A stretch of 64,000 bases of DNA from an uncultured Actinomycetes bacterium (GCA_963709345.1 CAVPVX010000002.1:160001-224000); one strand, 5' to 3'. Shown: positions 51,092 to 60,231, numbered from the stretch's first letter. Numbers and translations are program-made. Notes: a model not told the origin generated them from the letters alone.

Positions 51092-52783
51092 CTACCGCGT
51101 GAGCGCGACGGCGACGAGCTCCGTGAGGCGCTTGACCCCCGCGGGAACGTCGTCCCCCAGGCAGACGCGCAACGCGCGGCAGCCGTGCGCCCGCAGGGCG
51201 CCGAGGTCGCCGCGCGCCTGGGCGCGCTTGAGCACGCTGAAGCCGAACGGCTGGCCCGGGATGCTGACATCGTCCGGGTCGTGCCCCACGAGCTGGAGGA
51301 ACAAACCCCTGGTGGGGCCTCCCTTGTGGAACTGCCCCGTGGAATGCAGGTAGCGTGGACCGTAGCCGAGCGTGGTAGCGAGCCGCAGCCGCTCCCGGAG
51401 CTCGAGGCGAAGGGTCTGCAGGCAGCCCCAGGTCTCGTCGCCCGGGGCCACGTAGGCCTGCAGGGCGACGTACTCCCCCGGGCTCGCCTGCGCGAAGAAG
51501 CCGGCGAGCGCCGCAGGCAGCTCGCCGTCGGCAACCGGGAAGGCGAGCCGCCCGTCGCCCGCCGGCAGATCCTCGAGCAACTCGCCGGCGGCGATGTACC
51601 CGGCAAGCAGCCGCTTGGTGTTGTCCTTGCTCTCCTGCACGTTCGGCTGGTCGAAGGGATCGATGCCGAGCACGTGACCGGCGGTGGCGACGGCGATCTC
51701 CCAGCGCAGGAACTCGCCGCCCAGGTCGTAGACGTCGGCCAGTTCGTGCATGAGCACGGGGTGCCCGGCGGCCGCGAGGTCGAGCAGCCGTTGCGCAGCC
51801 GCCGCGGCGGCGACGCTCGCGAGGCCTACCGCGACGAACAGCCGGTCGTCCCCGTTCAGTTCCGGCTCGCCCAGCGCCTCCTGGTCGATCGGGAGAATGC
51901 CCGTCCCCTCCTTGCCGGTGCTCTCGGCGACGAGCTGCTCGACCCAGGCCCCGAGAGCGCGAAGCGGCGGCTCGAAGACGAGCGTGAGCTTGTCTCTGCC
52001 GGCCAGAGCAGCCTCGCCGAGGGCGGCGCCGAGAAACAGCGCCGGGTTCTCGGCCGCCGGCACATCGGGACCGCAGGCCACCGCCATCGCCCGCGCGCCG
52101 TCGAGGAGTCGCGTCAGGTCGACGCCGATCAGCGCCGCGGGGACCATACCGAAGAAGCTGAGCGCCGAGTACCGGCCGCCGATGTCGGCAGGGTTCATGA
52201 AGACGGCGCGAAAGCCCTGCTCCACGGCCTGTCGCTGCAGGGACGTGCCCTCGTCGGTGATCGCCACGAAGTGCCGCCCCGCGAGGTCGCCGCCCAGCTC
52301 CCGAAGGCGTTCGTAGAAGTAGGCGTGGAAGCACGCCGTCTCGGTCGTGCCGCCGGACTTGCTGGCGACGACGAAGAGCGTCGACTCGAGGTCCACGGCC
52401 GCCTCGACGGCGAGCACGGCGGCCGGGTCGGTCGAGTCGAGCACGTGCAGGTCGAGATAGCCGGCGCGCCGCCCCAGGACCGCGTGCAGCACCTCAGGTG
52501 CAAGGCTTGAGCCGCCCATGCCGAGCAGCACCGCGGAGCGGTACCCCTCGGCGAGCAGCTCGTCGACGAACTCGGTGAGCGCGTCGACCTCGCCGCGCAC
52601 GCCCTCGAAGACGCTCAGCCAGCCGAGGGCGTTCGCGATGACCGTCTGGTGCGACACGTCGTCGGCCTTCCACAGCGTGGGGTCGGCCTCCCAGAGGCGC
52701 TCCGCGACACGCTCGGCCGTCAGCTTCTCGAGCCGCCGGGAGACGGCCTCGCCGAGCCCCGCCGGAAGTGTGGAGCCGGCCAC
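51092..52783 (-). CDS. pgi: Glucose-6-phosphate isomerase (type found in Tal-Pgi fusions)
   Basis: GMGGSSL, SKSGGT.E, IGGRYS, QLVAESTGKEG, FDQPNVQESK, GPRYLHSTGQ. Confidence 0.9.
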   Translation of the reverse strand: MAGSTLPAGLGEAVSRRLEKLTAERVAERLWEADPTLWKADDVSHQTVIANALGWLSVFEGVRGEVDALTEFVDELLAEGYRSAVLLGMGGSSLAPEVLHAVLGRRAGYLDLHVLDSTDPAAVLAVEAAVDLESTLFVVASKSGGTTETACFHAYFYERLRELGGDLAGRHFVAITDEGTSLQRQAVEQGFRAVFMNPADIGGRYSALSFFGMVPAALIGVDLTRLLDGARAMAVACGPDVPAAENPALFLGAALGEAALAGRDKLTLVFEPPLRALGAWVEQLVAESTGKEGTGILPIDQEALGEPELNGDDRLFVAVGLASVAAAAAAQRLLDLAAAGHPVLMHELADVYDLGGEFLRWEIAVATAGHVLGIDPFDQPNVQESKDNTKRLLAGYIAAGELLEDLPAGDGRLAFPVADGELPAALAGFFAQASPGEYVALQAYVAPGDETWGCLQTLRLELRERLRLATTLGYGPRYLHSTGQFHKGGPTRGLFLQLVGHDPDDVSIPGQPFGFSVLKRAQARGDLGALRAHGCRALRVCLGDDVPAGVKRLTELVAVALTR

Positions 52784-52784
52784 G

Positions 52785-53945
52785 TCAGCTCCCCTCTCCC
52801 TCGAGCAGCGCCCGGCGCTTCTCCTCGACGATGGCGACGTCGGCGTCGAACGCCGCGACGAAGAGGTCGACGCCTTCCCGCCGCAGCCGCGCGCCCACGT
52901 CCTCCATGTCGATGCCCAGGTGGCTCAGCTCGCGCAGCACGCGATGCGCCTCGTCCAGGTGACGATCGACGGTGGGCGCGACTGTCCCGTGGTCCTTGAA
53001 CGCCTTCCACGTGGCCTCGGGCAGCGTGTTCACGGTGTACTCGCCGATCAGCTCGTCCACGTACAGGGTGTCGGGGTACGACGGATCCTTGACGCCGGTG
53101 CTCGCCCACAGCACGCGCTGGATCTTGGCGCCCGACGCCGCGATCAGCTGCCATTCGCGGCCGTTGAGGTAGCTGCGAAAGCGCTCGTAGACGACCTTGG
53201 CGTTGGCGACGCCCGCTCGGCGCTTGAGCCCCTGGATGCGCCGCCGCTCCGCCACGTCGGCGGCGGCCTCCGCCCGCTCGTCGAGCAGCTTGTCGACGAG
53301 CACGTCCACACGCGAGACGAACAGGCTCGCGACAGACGACGTGGCGCGGATCGTGAGGTCGTGCGAGAGCCGATACTCAAGCGCCTCCAGATAGACGTCG
53401 GCGACGGCCTCGTACTGGGTCAGCGAGAAAAGCAGGGTGATGTTGATGTTCAGCCCGTCCTGCAGGCAACGGAGCACGGCGGGCACGCCTTCGCGCGTCC
53501 CGGGGATCTTGATCAGGACGTTGGGCCTGTCGACGGCGGCGAACAGGCGCTGCGCCTCGGCGACGGTCTTCGCCGTGTCGTACGCGAGATGGGGGGAGAC
53601 TTCGATGCTCACGAACCCATCCGCGCCCCCGCTCCCCAGATAGACCGGTGCCAACACGTCGCAGGCGGCGCGGACGTCGTCAATGGCGAGCCTGTCGAGG
53701 ATATCCGCGGCGTCCAGGCCCTGATGAGCCAGACTCAGGATCTCCTCGTCGTACGCGTTCCCGCCGCCGATGGCCCGCTCGAAGATCGCGGGGTTCGTGG
53801 TGACACCGCCAAGGCCGTCGCGCTCCACCATCTTCCGGAGCCCGCCGCGGGCGATGAGCGCCCGGCTGATGTAGTCGAACCAGGGGCTTTGACCCAGACG
53901 GTTCAGTTCGGCGAGCCGGCTCTCGGCAGGCGGCACGGCGATCAC
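52785..53945 (-). CDS. tal: Transaldolase
   Basis: GQSPW.D, GVTTNP.IF, SIEVSP, LIKIP.T, NITLLF, S.FVSR.D, QRVLWAST. Confidence 0.94.
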   Translation of the reverse strand: MIAVPPAESRLAELNRLGQSPWFDYISRALIARGGLRKMVERDGLGGVTTNPAIFERAIGGGNAYDEEILSLAHQGLDAADILDRLAIDDVRAACDVLAPVYLGSGGADGFVSIEVSPHLAYDTAKTVAEAQRLFAAVDRPNVLIKIPGTREGVPAVLRCLQDGLNINITLLFSLTQYEAVADVYLEALEYRLSHDLTIRATSSVASLFVSRVDVLVDKLLDERAEAAADVAERRRIQGLKRRAGVANAKVVYERFRSYLNGREWQLIAASGAKIQRVLWASTGVKDPSYPDTLYVDELIGEYTVNTLPEATWKAFKDHGTVAPTVDRHLDEAHRVLRELSHLGIDMEDVGARLRREGVDLFVAAFDADVAIVEEKRRALLEGEGS

Positions 53946-54194
53946 GCTCCTTTCGCCGGCGCGGTACCGGCGCCGGCGTCATCGTTGTCCTGAGCGTCAC
54001 GAGGGTCGCGCGGCGCCACGGGCGCGCGGCGCCGAACCTCGACACAGCATCGGACTAGTCAATTCCCATCGGGCCGGGTTTTCAAGGCCCGGAGGCGGAT
54101 GGGCCGGCGGGCGCGACCCTCCGGGGTCCGGCCCGCCCCTCCCGGGACTGTGGGTCGGGAGATCATCCGGCCCCGACCTCGCCCGCTCGCCGCC

Positions 54195-54554
54195 TCAGTA
54201 GTCACCGGCCTCCGGCACGATGCAGATGAAGGAGAGTGACTCATCGTCCGCGGCGCGGAACTGGTGCTCGTGGCCGGCCGGCACGTAAGCGTACGCGCCC
54301 GCCTCGAGCGGCTTGTCCTCGCCGTCGAGAAAGAGGACCCCACGTCCGGCGGCGACGAAGTTGATGTGCGGCCAGTCGTGGGTGTGCTTGGGCGTGTGCC
54401 CGCCTGGCTCGACGTCGAACAGCCGCATCACCCAGCCGTCCCAGCCCTCCTCGGGCGAGACCAGCACTCGCTTCACAACGCCCTCGATGCCCTCTCCGGC
54501 CATCGGCGTCGCCGTCACGTCGCCCTTCGTGCCCACCACCATGCGGTCGCTCAT
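54195..54554 (-). CDS. Cupin domain protein
   Basis: PGGHTPKHTHDWPH..F...G.G; YVPAG.EHQF. Confidence 0.88.
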   Translation of the reverse strand: MSDRMVVGTKGDVTATPMAGEGIEGVVKRVLVSPEEGWDGWVMRLFDVEPGGHTPKHTHDWPHINFVAAGRGVLFLDGEDKPLEAGAYAYVPAGHEHQFRAADDESLSFICIVPEAGDY

Positions 54555-54663
54555 GCGCGCTCCTCGTCGTCGTCGCCGCCGCCTCGTGCTCGCAGGGACT
54601 CTACCCGTTCCGGGACCGCCCGCAAGCGCGCCGGCCTCGCCGCGGCGCAGGCGCTCGCGCCGC

Positions 54664-55323
54664 TCACGGCGCCCCGGCCCGCCTCCCGGCGCCTTCGTCC
54701 CTGCTCGCCAGATACACCCTGGCGGGGAGGACGCGCGTCCGGCCGCGGTCCATCGGTACGCTGAAGGCGAGGTCTCGGGCCGCCGTGAAGCCGTTGTCTT
54801 CGAGCCACCCACGCACCTGCCCGGCGCTGTGGCGGTACATCGTCACCGGCCCGTCCTCTCCCGTGTGCTCGGCCCCCACGACGACCTCCGCTGCTTCATC
54901 CTCCCGCCGGTCACCGACCACGAAGACGAACCGGCCGCCCCCGCGAAGGATGCGGGCGGCCTCCGAGAACACCGGCGACAGGTCGCCGATGAAGTCGAGC
55001 ACCCCGACGCACACGATGTGGTCGAAGGTCCCCGTCCCGAACGGATACGGCGGGCTGGTCAGGTCGTGCCGCTCGAGATGCGTGAACTCCTTGGCGCGGC
55101 ACACGTCGAGCATCTCCTGCGCGGCGTCCATCCCTGCCGCTCTCAGCCCGGCCCTGCGGAAGAGGGCGGCCGCCCGTCCGGTGCCTATCCCCAGATCGAG
55201 GATCGATTCGTCCGGCCGGATGGAATCGAAGGCCAGGCCGAACGCGACCTCCGGACCGAAACAGCCGGTCGCCTACGCCTCCTCGTCGTAGGTGTCGGCG
55301 ACGGCGCGCTGCTGATCGTCCAT
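54664..55323 (-). pseudogene. Class I SAM methyltransferase with in-frame TAG at codon 17
   Basis: MDDQQRAVADTYDEEA*ATGCFGPE...ILDLGIGTG...GMD...FDHIVCVGV; TAG at 55273-55275. Confidence 0.75.
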
Positions 55324-55371
55324 CGTTCTCCCTCCGTCGCTGTCAGGCGAGGGAATCGTCGAGGCGCCGCT

Positions 55372-55590
55372 TCAGCGGGGTGCGGCGGCGCTCTCCCGGA
55401 CCCTGAACTCGACCATCCGCCGGATCAGATCCTCGGGCATCGGCCTGTCGAGATGGAACCGCACCGAGCCTTCTGCGCTCTTGTACGGTTTGAGTTCCTC
55501 CTGGAAGGCCGCGATCCCGCTCGGCCCGGGATAGAACCCGACGTGCCGATCGTGCCCGGCGAAGTGCACGAGGTGCCTGCCGATGATGGC
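55372..55590 (-). pseudogene. DUF1801/YdhG-like C-terminal fragment
   Basis: LVHFAG..RHVGFYP...GI.AF.EEL.PY....GSVRF..D.P.P..LI.R.V.FRV; N-terminus replaced by unrelated sequence. Confidence 0.7.
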
Positions 55591-55712
55591 AGCCGAGAAC
55601 TCCTCGCGAGCGGAACGCTCGAAGGCAGCATCGTAGCCGCCGAAGTAGTACGGCAGAACACTCCACCGAGCGTCCACTTCAGCCCCCCCGCACAGGGATA
55701 GAGTCGGGCGCC

Positions 55713-55799
55713 CCCTAACGCCTCGCGCATGACCTGCGCGCTGAGAGCTCGGAGTATACCGCAAGGCTCGGGCGCCTCAGGTTGATGCGCTGTTTCGCT
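55713..55799 (-). repeat. attC site (slightly degenerate)
   Basis: Minus strand AGCGAAACAGCGCATCAACCTGA...CGCAGGTCATGCGCGAGGCGTTAGGG. Confidence 0.75.
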
Positions 55800-55854
55800 G
55801 AGCGACCGCCAATTCGGTCTGTCGTGAGACTCCCGCTGCATCCGGCAGGCAGAC

Positions 55855-56322
55855 CTAGATCCCACAGGCCAGCCCCTCCAGAGCTTGCCTCAGGGTGGCC
55901 GTCTGTTCTGCATCGGCGGCGCCCGTACCTCGCCAGACGATCGTCCCGTCGGGATCGAGCAGCATCAGGTGGATGGTCTCCCGCGACGGCAGTCCCAGCT
56001 GGCGCGCTAGTGACCCGAGGTCCGTGTATGCGGTCAGAGTGTGCCTACGGGCGTCCGGATCGCCGATACCGGCGCGCATACCGCCGTCGATGAACCCGCG
56101 TACGGGCAGGTACAGTCGCGACAGAGCCGGGACCTCCCAGACCGAGAGCTCGTGGCAGCGCGCCTCGAGCGCCTTGAGTTCCGGCTCCCACGTCTCGATG
56201 AGATCCTGGTGCCACCGTTGGAAGGCGAGCATGACGATGCGGGGCCCTGGCGGCAGATCCCCCGGGAGCCGGACTTCGCGGCCCTCAAGGTCGTGAGCGG
56301 TGATGGACGGAAACTGGGACAC
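55855..56322 (-). CDS. Thioredoxin-fold/ATP10-like hypothetical protein (gene cassette)
   Basis: FP.I...DLEG....LP.DL, AFQRWHQ, IDGGMR.GI, LLD..G.I.W...G; bounded by attC sites. Confidence 0.75.
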   Translation of the reverse strand: MSQFPSITAHDLEGREVRLPGDLPPGPRIVMLAFQRWHQDLIETWEPELKALEARCHELSVWEVPALSRLYLPVRGFIDGGMRAGIGDPDARRHTLTAYTDLGSLARQLGLPSRETIHLMLLDPDGTIVWRGTGAADAEQTATLRQALEGLACGI

Positions 56323-56375
56323 CGGATCTCCTTCGCTAGCGCTGCATACCCAGTTCGAACAGTTCCGACTGTCTC

Positions 56376-56461
56376 ACCGAACGCACCGCGGAAAGCTGCG
56401 AGCGCCGCGGCCCCATCTTGCCGCGACGCATCGGCGAGCCAGCTTGATCCGCTTGTTCGCC
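56376..56461 (-). repeat. attC site
   Basis: GGCGAAC AAGCGGATCAAGCTGG...CGCAGCTTTCCGCGGTGC GTTCGGT, 86 bp, begins right after the yoeB stop. Confidence 0.88.
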
Positions 56462-56725
56462 TCACCCGTAATGGGTCCACATCCTGAGCACTTTGACGAT
56501 GCGCTCGTCGGCGAGCACCTGATACACGAGGCGGTGCTGGATGTTGATGCGGCGCGAGTAGGCGCCGCTGAGGTCGCCGACGAGCTTCTCGAACGGCGGC
56601 GGCGACTGGAACGGGTCGGCCTCGAGGACCACGAGCAGTTCCTGCGCCTTCGGCTTGAGGCCGGCCGCGGCGAGCTTCTTCGCGTCCTTGCGCGCCTGCT
56701 TCGTGAAGAGCAGCCGCCAGCTCAC
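56462..56725 (-). CDS. yoeB: Txe/YoeB toxin
   Basis: W.L.FTKQA.KD, PP.EKL.GDL.G.YSRRIN.QHRLVY, RMWTHY. Confidence 0.92.
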   Translation of the reverse strand: MSWRLLFTKQARKDAKKLAAAGLKPKAQELLVVLEADPFQSPPPFEKLVGDLSGAYSRRINIQHRLVYQVLADERIVKVLRMWTHYG

Positions 56726-56964
56726 CAGTCGATCTCGCCCTCGAGCTCATCGACGGGAACCGCCATGCCCTCCAGGATGGACTCGCGCATGCCGGGGATC
56801 GAGACGAGGTAGAGCGTCTCCTGCACGGCGCGCCAGTCGTCCTCCGAGACGAGCACGGCGTTGCTGCGCTTGCCGGTGATCTGCACCGGCTCGTGCGAAC
56901 GTGCGACGTCGTCGAGGAGCTGGTAGAGCTGCTTGCGCGCTTCAGTGGCGCTCATGGTCGTCAT
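56722..56964 (-). CDS. yefM: Phd/YefM antitoxin
   Basis: SATEAR..LY.L.D.V..SHEPV.ITGKR.NAVLVSE.DW..VQETLYL. Confidence 0.92.
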   Translation of the reverse strand: MTTMSATEARKQLYQLLDDVARSHEPVQITGKRSNAVLVSEDDWRAVQETLYLVSIPGMRESILEGMAVPVDELEGEIDW

Positions 56965-56974
56965 CGCGGACCTC

Positions 56975-57019
56975 CCGTTACGTACGGGAAAGCGTACGGT
57001 AAAGGACGCTGGATGTCAA
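56975..57019 (-). promoter_or_regulatory. yefM-yoeB promoter/operator
   Basis: TTGACA-17 bp-TACGCT with two CGTACG palindromes before the GGAGG RBS. Confidence 0.7.
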
Positions 57020-57033
57020 GTGCACAGGGTTGT

Positions 57034-57119
57034 GGCGAACGTGTTTGCGCTTCACTCGCGATCTTGCGCTCCCATTATGCGTCAACCATGCACGAGTCGA
57101 GTGGAAGCGCGGGTTGGGC
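57034..57119 (-). repeat. attC site
   Basis: GCCCAAC CCGCGCTTCCACTCGAC...CGCGAGTGAAGCGCAAACAC GTTCGCC, 86 bp. Confidence 0.88.
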
Positions 57120-57168
57120 AGTGGGATCCGACAAACTCGAGTTGGCGCAGATGCAACAATTCGGAGTC

Positions 57169-57540
57169 CTAGACGTGCTGGTCAATCAGAATCGGGTTTC
57201 CGTCTGGATCCAGGATCATCAAGCTGGTAGGCCCTTCACTAGACTCGTCAGCCTCGCTTGCGAGTTCGAGCCCCCGTGCTCTCAGCTGTGACTGGATCTC
57301 ACGGACATCCGTGAACGAGTCGAGAGGTTTCGCGTCAGTGCTCCATCCCGGATTGAAGGTCAGGGTGTTGCGCTCGAACATGCCCTCGAACAGACCGATC
57401 ACCGTGCTTCCGTTCCTCATGATCAGCCACTTGTCTGCGGCATCGCCGCCGAAGGCGGTGAATCCTAGCTTCTCGTAGAACTCCCGAGAAGTGTCGATAT
57501 CGCTCACAGACAGACTGACGGAGAACGCACCGAGCTCCAT
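57169..57540 (-). CDS. VOC/glyoxalase family protein (gene cassette)
   Basis: MELGAFSVSLSV.D...S..FYEKLGF, IGLF.GMFE.N.LTFNPGW, DPDGNPILIDQH. Confidence 0.9.
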   Translation of the reverse strand: MELGAFSVSLSVSDIDTSREFYEKLGFTAFGGDAADKWLIMRNGSTVIGLFEGMFERNTLTFNPGWSTDAKPLDSFTDVREIQSQLRARGLELASEADESSEGPTSLMILDPDGNPILIDQHV

Positions 57541-57636
57541 GTGCTGCTCCTCTCGTTCCGACGACCGGCAGGGGCGCGACCTGGGGCATGATACTGCCCG
57601 CTCATGGTCTGCGTGTCTCAGAGAATCTTCCCATCT

Positions 57637-57722
57637 GCCCAACGCACCGCGGATAGGCTGCGAGCGCCGCGGCTTCGTCTTGCCGCGACGCTTTGGCGAG
57701 CCAGCTGATCCGCTTGTTGGAC
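57637..57722 (-). repeat. attC site
   Basis: GTCCAAC AAGCGGATCAGCTGG...CGCAGCCTATCCGCGGTGC GTTGGGC, 86 bp; close sequence relative of the 56376 site. Confidence 0.9.
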
Positions 57723-57735
57723 AGACCCACCACCC

Positions 57736-58039
57736 TCAGGCAGCGGTCCCTGACCACGGCTTGATGCGTGCGAGCTGATCGGTCAGCGCCTCCTCGGCGA
57801 CCTCGGTGTCGTGGGCCGCCTGGGCGCGCAGCCAGTAGCCGTTGGAGAGGCCGAAGAAGCGGCACAGGCGCAGGTCGGTATCGGCCGTGATCGCGCGCCG
57901 GCCGGCGACGATCTCACCGATGCGCTGCGCCGGCACGCCGATCTCCTTGGCGAGCCGGTACTGGGTGATGCCCATGGGCAGCGAGGAACTCCTCGAGCAG
58001 CAGCTCGCCGGGTGTCACGGGCTTGAGCTTCTCGTCCAT
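57736..58039 (-). CDS. higA: HigA antitoxin (one frameshift near 57980)
   Basis: PVTPGELLLEEFL / PMGITQYRLAKEIGVP..RI.EIV.G.RAITADT.LRL.R.FG. Confidence 0.85.
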
Positions 58040-58050
58040 CGCTCGCGCTC

Positions 58051-58329
58051 CTAGTGGTAGTCCACGATCTCGACGTCTTCGGCGCCGCCGGCGGTCCAGC
58101 GGAAGCAGACGCGGTACTGGTCGTTGATGCGGATGCTGTGCTGGCCGGCGCGGTCGCCTCTGAGCGCCTCGAGCCGGTTGCCCGGCGGCACCCGCAAGTC
58201 GTCCAGCCGCCCGGCGATCTCGAGCTGGCGCAGCTTGCGCCGCGCGACCGTCTCGATGCTCGCGAACCGCTTCACGCGCCGGCCGCCGGCCAGCTTCTCG
58301 GTGTCGCCGTCCTTGAACGAGACGATCAT
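58051..58329 (-). CDS. higB: HigB toxin
   Basis: MI.SF.D..TE.L, RKL..L, DLR.PPGNRLE.L.GDR.GQHSIRINDQYR.CF.W, VEIVDYH. Confidence 0.93.
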   Translation of the reverse strand: MIVSFKDGDTEKLAGGRRVKRFASIETVARRKLRQLEIAGRLDDLRVPPGNRLEALRGDRAGQHSIRINDQYRVCFRWTAGGAEDVEIVDYH

Positions 58330-58334
58330 GCCGA

Positions 58335-58363
58335 ATAGTAACGTTACGCGTTAGTAACGTCAA
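58335..58363 (-). promoter_or_regulatory. higBA promoter with palindromic operator, probably leaderless mRNA
   Basis: TTGACG-17 bp-TACTAT-5 bp-ATG; spacer contains GTAACGTTAC-type palindromes. Confidence 0.7.
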
Positions 58364-58401
58364 GCATGATTACCGGTGATCGACCGCCACGCCTTGGTTC
58401 T

Positions 58402-58491
58402 GTCCAACGCACGCACCGCGCATGAGCAGACGCGGACGACCTGCCGCCGTGCGGCAGGCCTGCTGGCGTTCTGCTCTTGCGCTTGTCAGAT
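58402..58491 (-). repeat. attC site (degenerate)
   Basis: ATCTGAC AAGCGCAAGAGCAGA...TCTGCTCATGCGCGGTGCGTGC GTTGGAC. Confidence 0.75.
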
Positions 58492-58496
58492 CCCAC

Positions 58497-58793
58497 CTAC
58501 GGTGCGATCTCGCCTTCGTCGAAGTCCCTTGCAGCGTGCCGAACAGCGGCGATCTCGGCCACATCGACGCTGCGACGATACATCACGCGGTAGGGCTCCA
58601 CGATGATCTCGCGAATCTCCTCACGCTGCAGCTCCGGCACGATGCGGCCCGAGTCCGGATAGTCGGCCAGGGACTTGACCCGCTCGAGCAGGCGCTCAAG
58701 CCAACGATGCGCGGCGGCGGGATCGTCGGCGGCGATGTAGGCCAGCGCGTCGTCGACCTGTCCATCGGCCAGCGGAGACCAAGTGAGCCTCAC
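58497..58793 (-). CDS. RelE/ParE toxin
   Basis: L.WSPLA......YIA.D.P.AA, L..YP.SGR.VPE, REII..PYRV.YR. Confidence 0.88.
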   Translation of the reverse strand: MRLTWSPLADGQVDDALAYIAADDPAAAHRWLERLLERVKSLADYPDSGRIVPELQREEIREIIVEPYRVMYRRSVDVAEIAAVRHAARDFDEGEIAP

Positions 58794-59074
58794 TTCAGGT
58801 GGCGCTCACGCAGGCGCCGCTCGACGGCCTCGTGGGGGATGCCCATGCCGGCGTCGAGTTGGGCCTCGGCAGTGCGGATGTCACGGATCACCGCGACCTC
58901 GTCGACCAAGGCCTCGTAGGCCTCGACGTCGAGCAGCACCGCTGCGCTGCGGCCGTGCTGGGTGAGGATCACGGGACGCTTGGTCTTGTGGACCTGCTCG
59001 AGTACGGCCGAGGTGTGGGAGCGGAATTCGGTCACGGCACGCACATCGACTGAGGGGCGCAATACTGCCATCAT
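58790..59074 (-). CDS. Phd/YefM antitoxin
   Basis: DVR.VTEFR......L.QV..TKRPVILTQHGRSAAVLLDVE.YE. Confidence 0.9.
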   Translation of the reverse strand: MMAVLRPSVDVRAVTEFRSHTSAVLEQVHKTKRPVILTQHGRSAAVLLDVEAYEALVDEVAVIRDIRTAEAQLDAGMGIPHEAVERRLRERHLK

Positions 59075-59141
59075 GGCCTCCGGTTAGGTACGCAATGACG
59101 TGCAGTATAGCGTATCGAACCCCTCGGCGCTACGGGGTTGG

Positions 59142-59228
59142 GTCCAACGTATCAGGCATAAGTCGCACCGCACGCGCTTCTCTTCCGCAGTCTACCTGCG
59201 GGGAGTCAGGTTGATGCCTTTGTTGGAC
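59142..59228 (-). repeat. attC site
   Basis: GTCCAAC AAAGGCATCAACCTGAC...GACTTATGCCTGATAC GTTGGAC, 87 bp. Confidence 0.88.
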
Positions 59229-59261
59229 GGACCCGACGAGCTGCGGATTCGTGCTCGCGCC

Positions 59262-59474
59262 CTAACCCGGCGCGATGTCGAGTGCAAGACATCCTCACGG
59301 ACGCCGCGTTTCGAGTAGAGCGCGATAGCAGGCTCGTCGCCGAGATCGGCCGGAACGAATACGACCCAGCGCCGCGCTCCGCTGCGATGTGCCGAAGCTG
59401 CTCGATCAGCGACGTCGCTATGCCGCGCCGCCGGTGTGACGCGATGTACGCCAGGTCGTCGATGTAGATCTCGC
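59262..59474 (-). pseudogene. AAC(3)-I family aminoglycoside N-acetyltransferase, 3' remnant
   Basis: REIYIDDLA....HRRRGIATSLI..L..IAAERGA / VVFVPADLGDEPAIALYSKRGVREDVLH / DI matches the AAC(3)-I C-terminal half. Confidence 0.75.
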
Positions 59475-59778
59475 GCGCGGAGCGCGTGAAGAGGACCCTG
59501 CGGCTCACGGCCTGCCGAGCAGCTCGTCGGCCTCGGCGAGCACGTCGGCGAGCGCGTGACCCGTGCCGGCTCGATCTCGGCCTCGCCGCGGGCGAGCAGG
59601 CGCAGGATCTCAAGTTCATGCTGCGTGCGCTCGTAGGCCCTCGCGCTGACGACGACGGCGGCCGCGCGCCGCGCTGCGTGATGAAGACCGGCTGCTGCGA
59701 GTCGGATGCGCGCCTGATGATGCCCGAGGCGTCCTGACGCAAATCAGTGATGGGGACGATGTCTGGTACTGATGCCAT
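59473..59778 (-). pseudogene. Phd antitoxin (frameshifted) plus first codons of a RelE/ParE toxin
   Basis: IVPITDLRQDA..I......QPVFITQRG; then VSRRVLFTRSAR, truncated by a deletion into the aac remnant. Confidence 0.75.
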
Positions 59779-59846
59779 TTACGATACCTCCTCTGCTACT
59801 GGCAACGGTACCACCAACGCACCCTCGCGAACAGTGAGACGGCTGT

Positions 59847-59943
59847 GACTAACGCGATTGCGCATCAGCTGCGAGGCGCGGCGATCCGCTTCGGCCCGAG
59901 TCTTCCGCTCGAGCGCCGAGTCTGCTGGATGCGCTGGTCAGGC
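59847..59943 (-). repeat. attC site
   Basis: GCCTGAC CAGCGCATCCAGCAGAC...CGCAGCTGATGCGCAATCGC GTTAGTC, 97 bp. Confidence 0.85.
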
Positions 59944-60000
59944 GTGCGCCTATTGTGTGGTAGCATTCATGTGCTACTGCGATTCTAGGGAAGGAGAGCG

Positions 60001-60228
60001 ATGACTCGCGGACTGAAGCTCCGCCAGGCCGGCGGTTCGATCAGCGCCACGCTCCCGAAGGATATGGCCGAGCGCCTGCACCTCGAGGCTGGCGACACGG
60101 TGCTTGCCGTGGAGACCGAGCGCGGCATCCTGCTCACGCCCTACGACCCTGAGGTCGAGGAGACAATCGCCATCGCCGGCAAGGTGGCCAGGCGCTACCG
60201 CAACGCACTCCGCGAGCTGGCCAAGTAG
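60001..60228 (+). CDS. AbrB/MazE-type antitoxin
   Basis: KLRQAGGS...TLPKD...RLHL..GD.V..VET..GILLTPYDP, Y.NAL.ELAK. Confidence 0.88.
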   Translation: MTRGLKLRQAGGSISATLPKDMAERLHLEAGDTVLAVETERGILLTPYDPEVEETIAIAGKVARRYRNALRELAK

Positions 60229-60231
60229 CCG

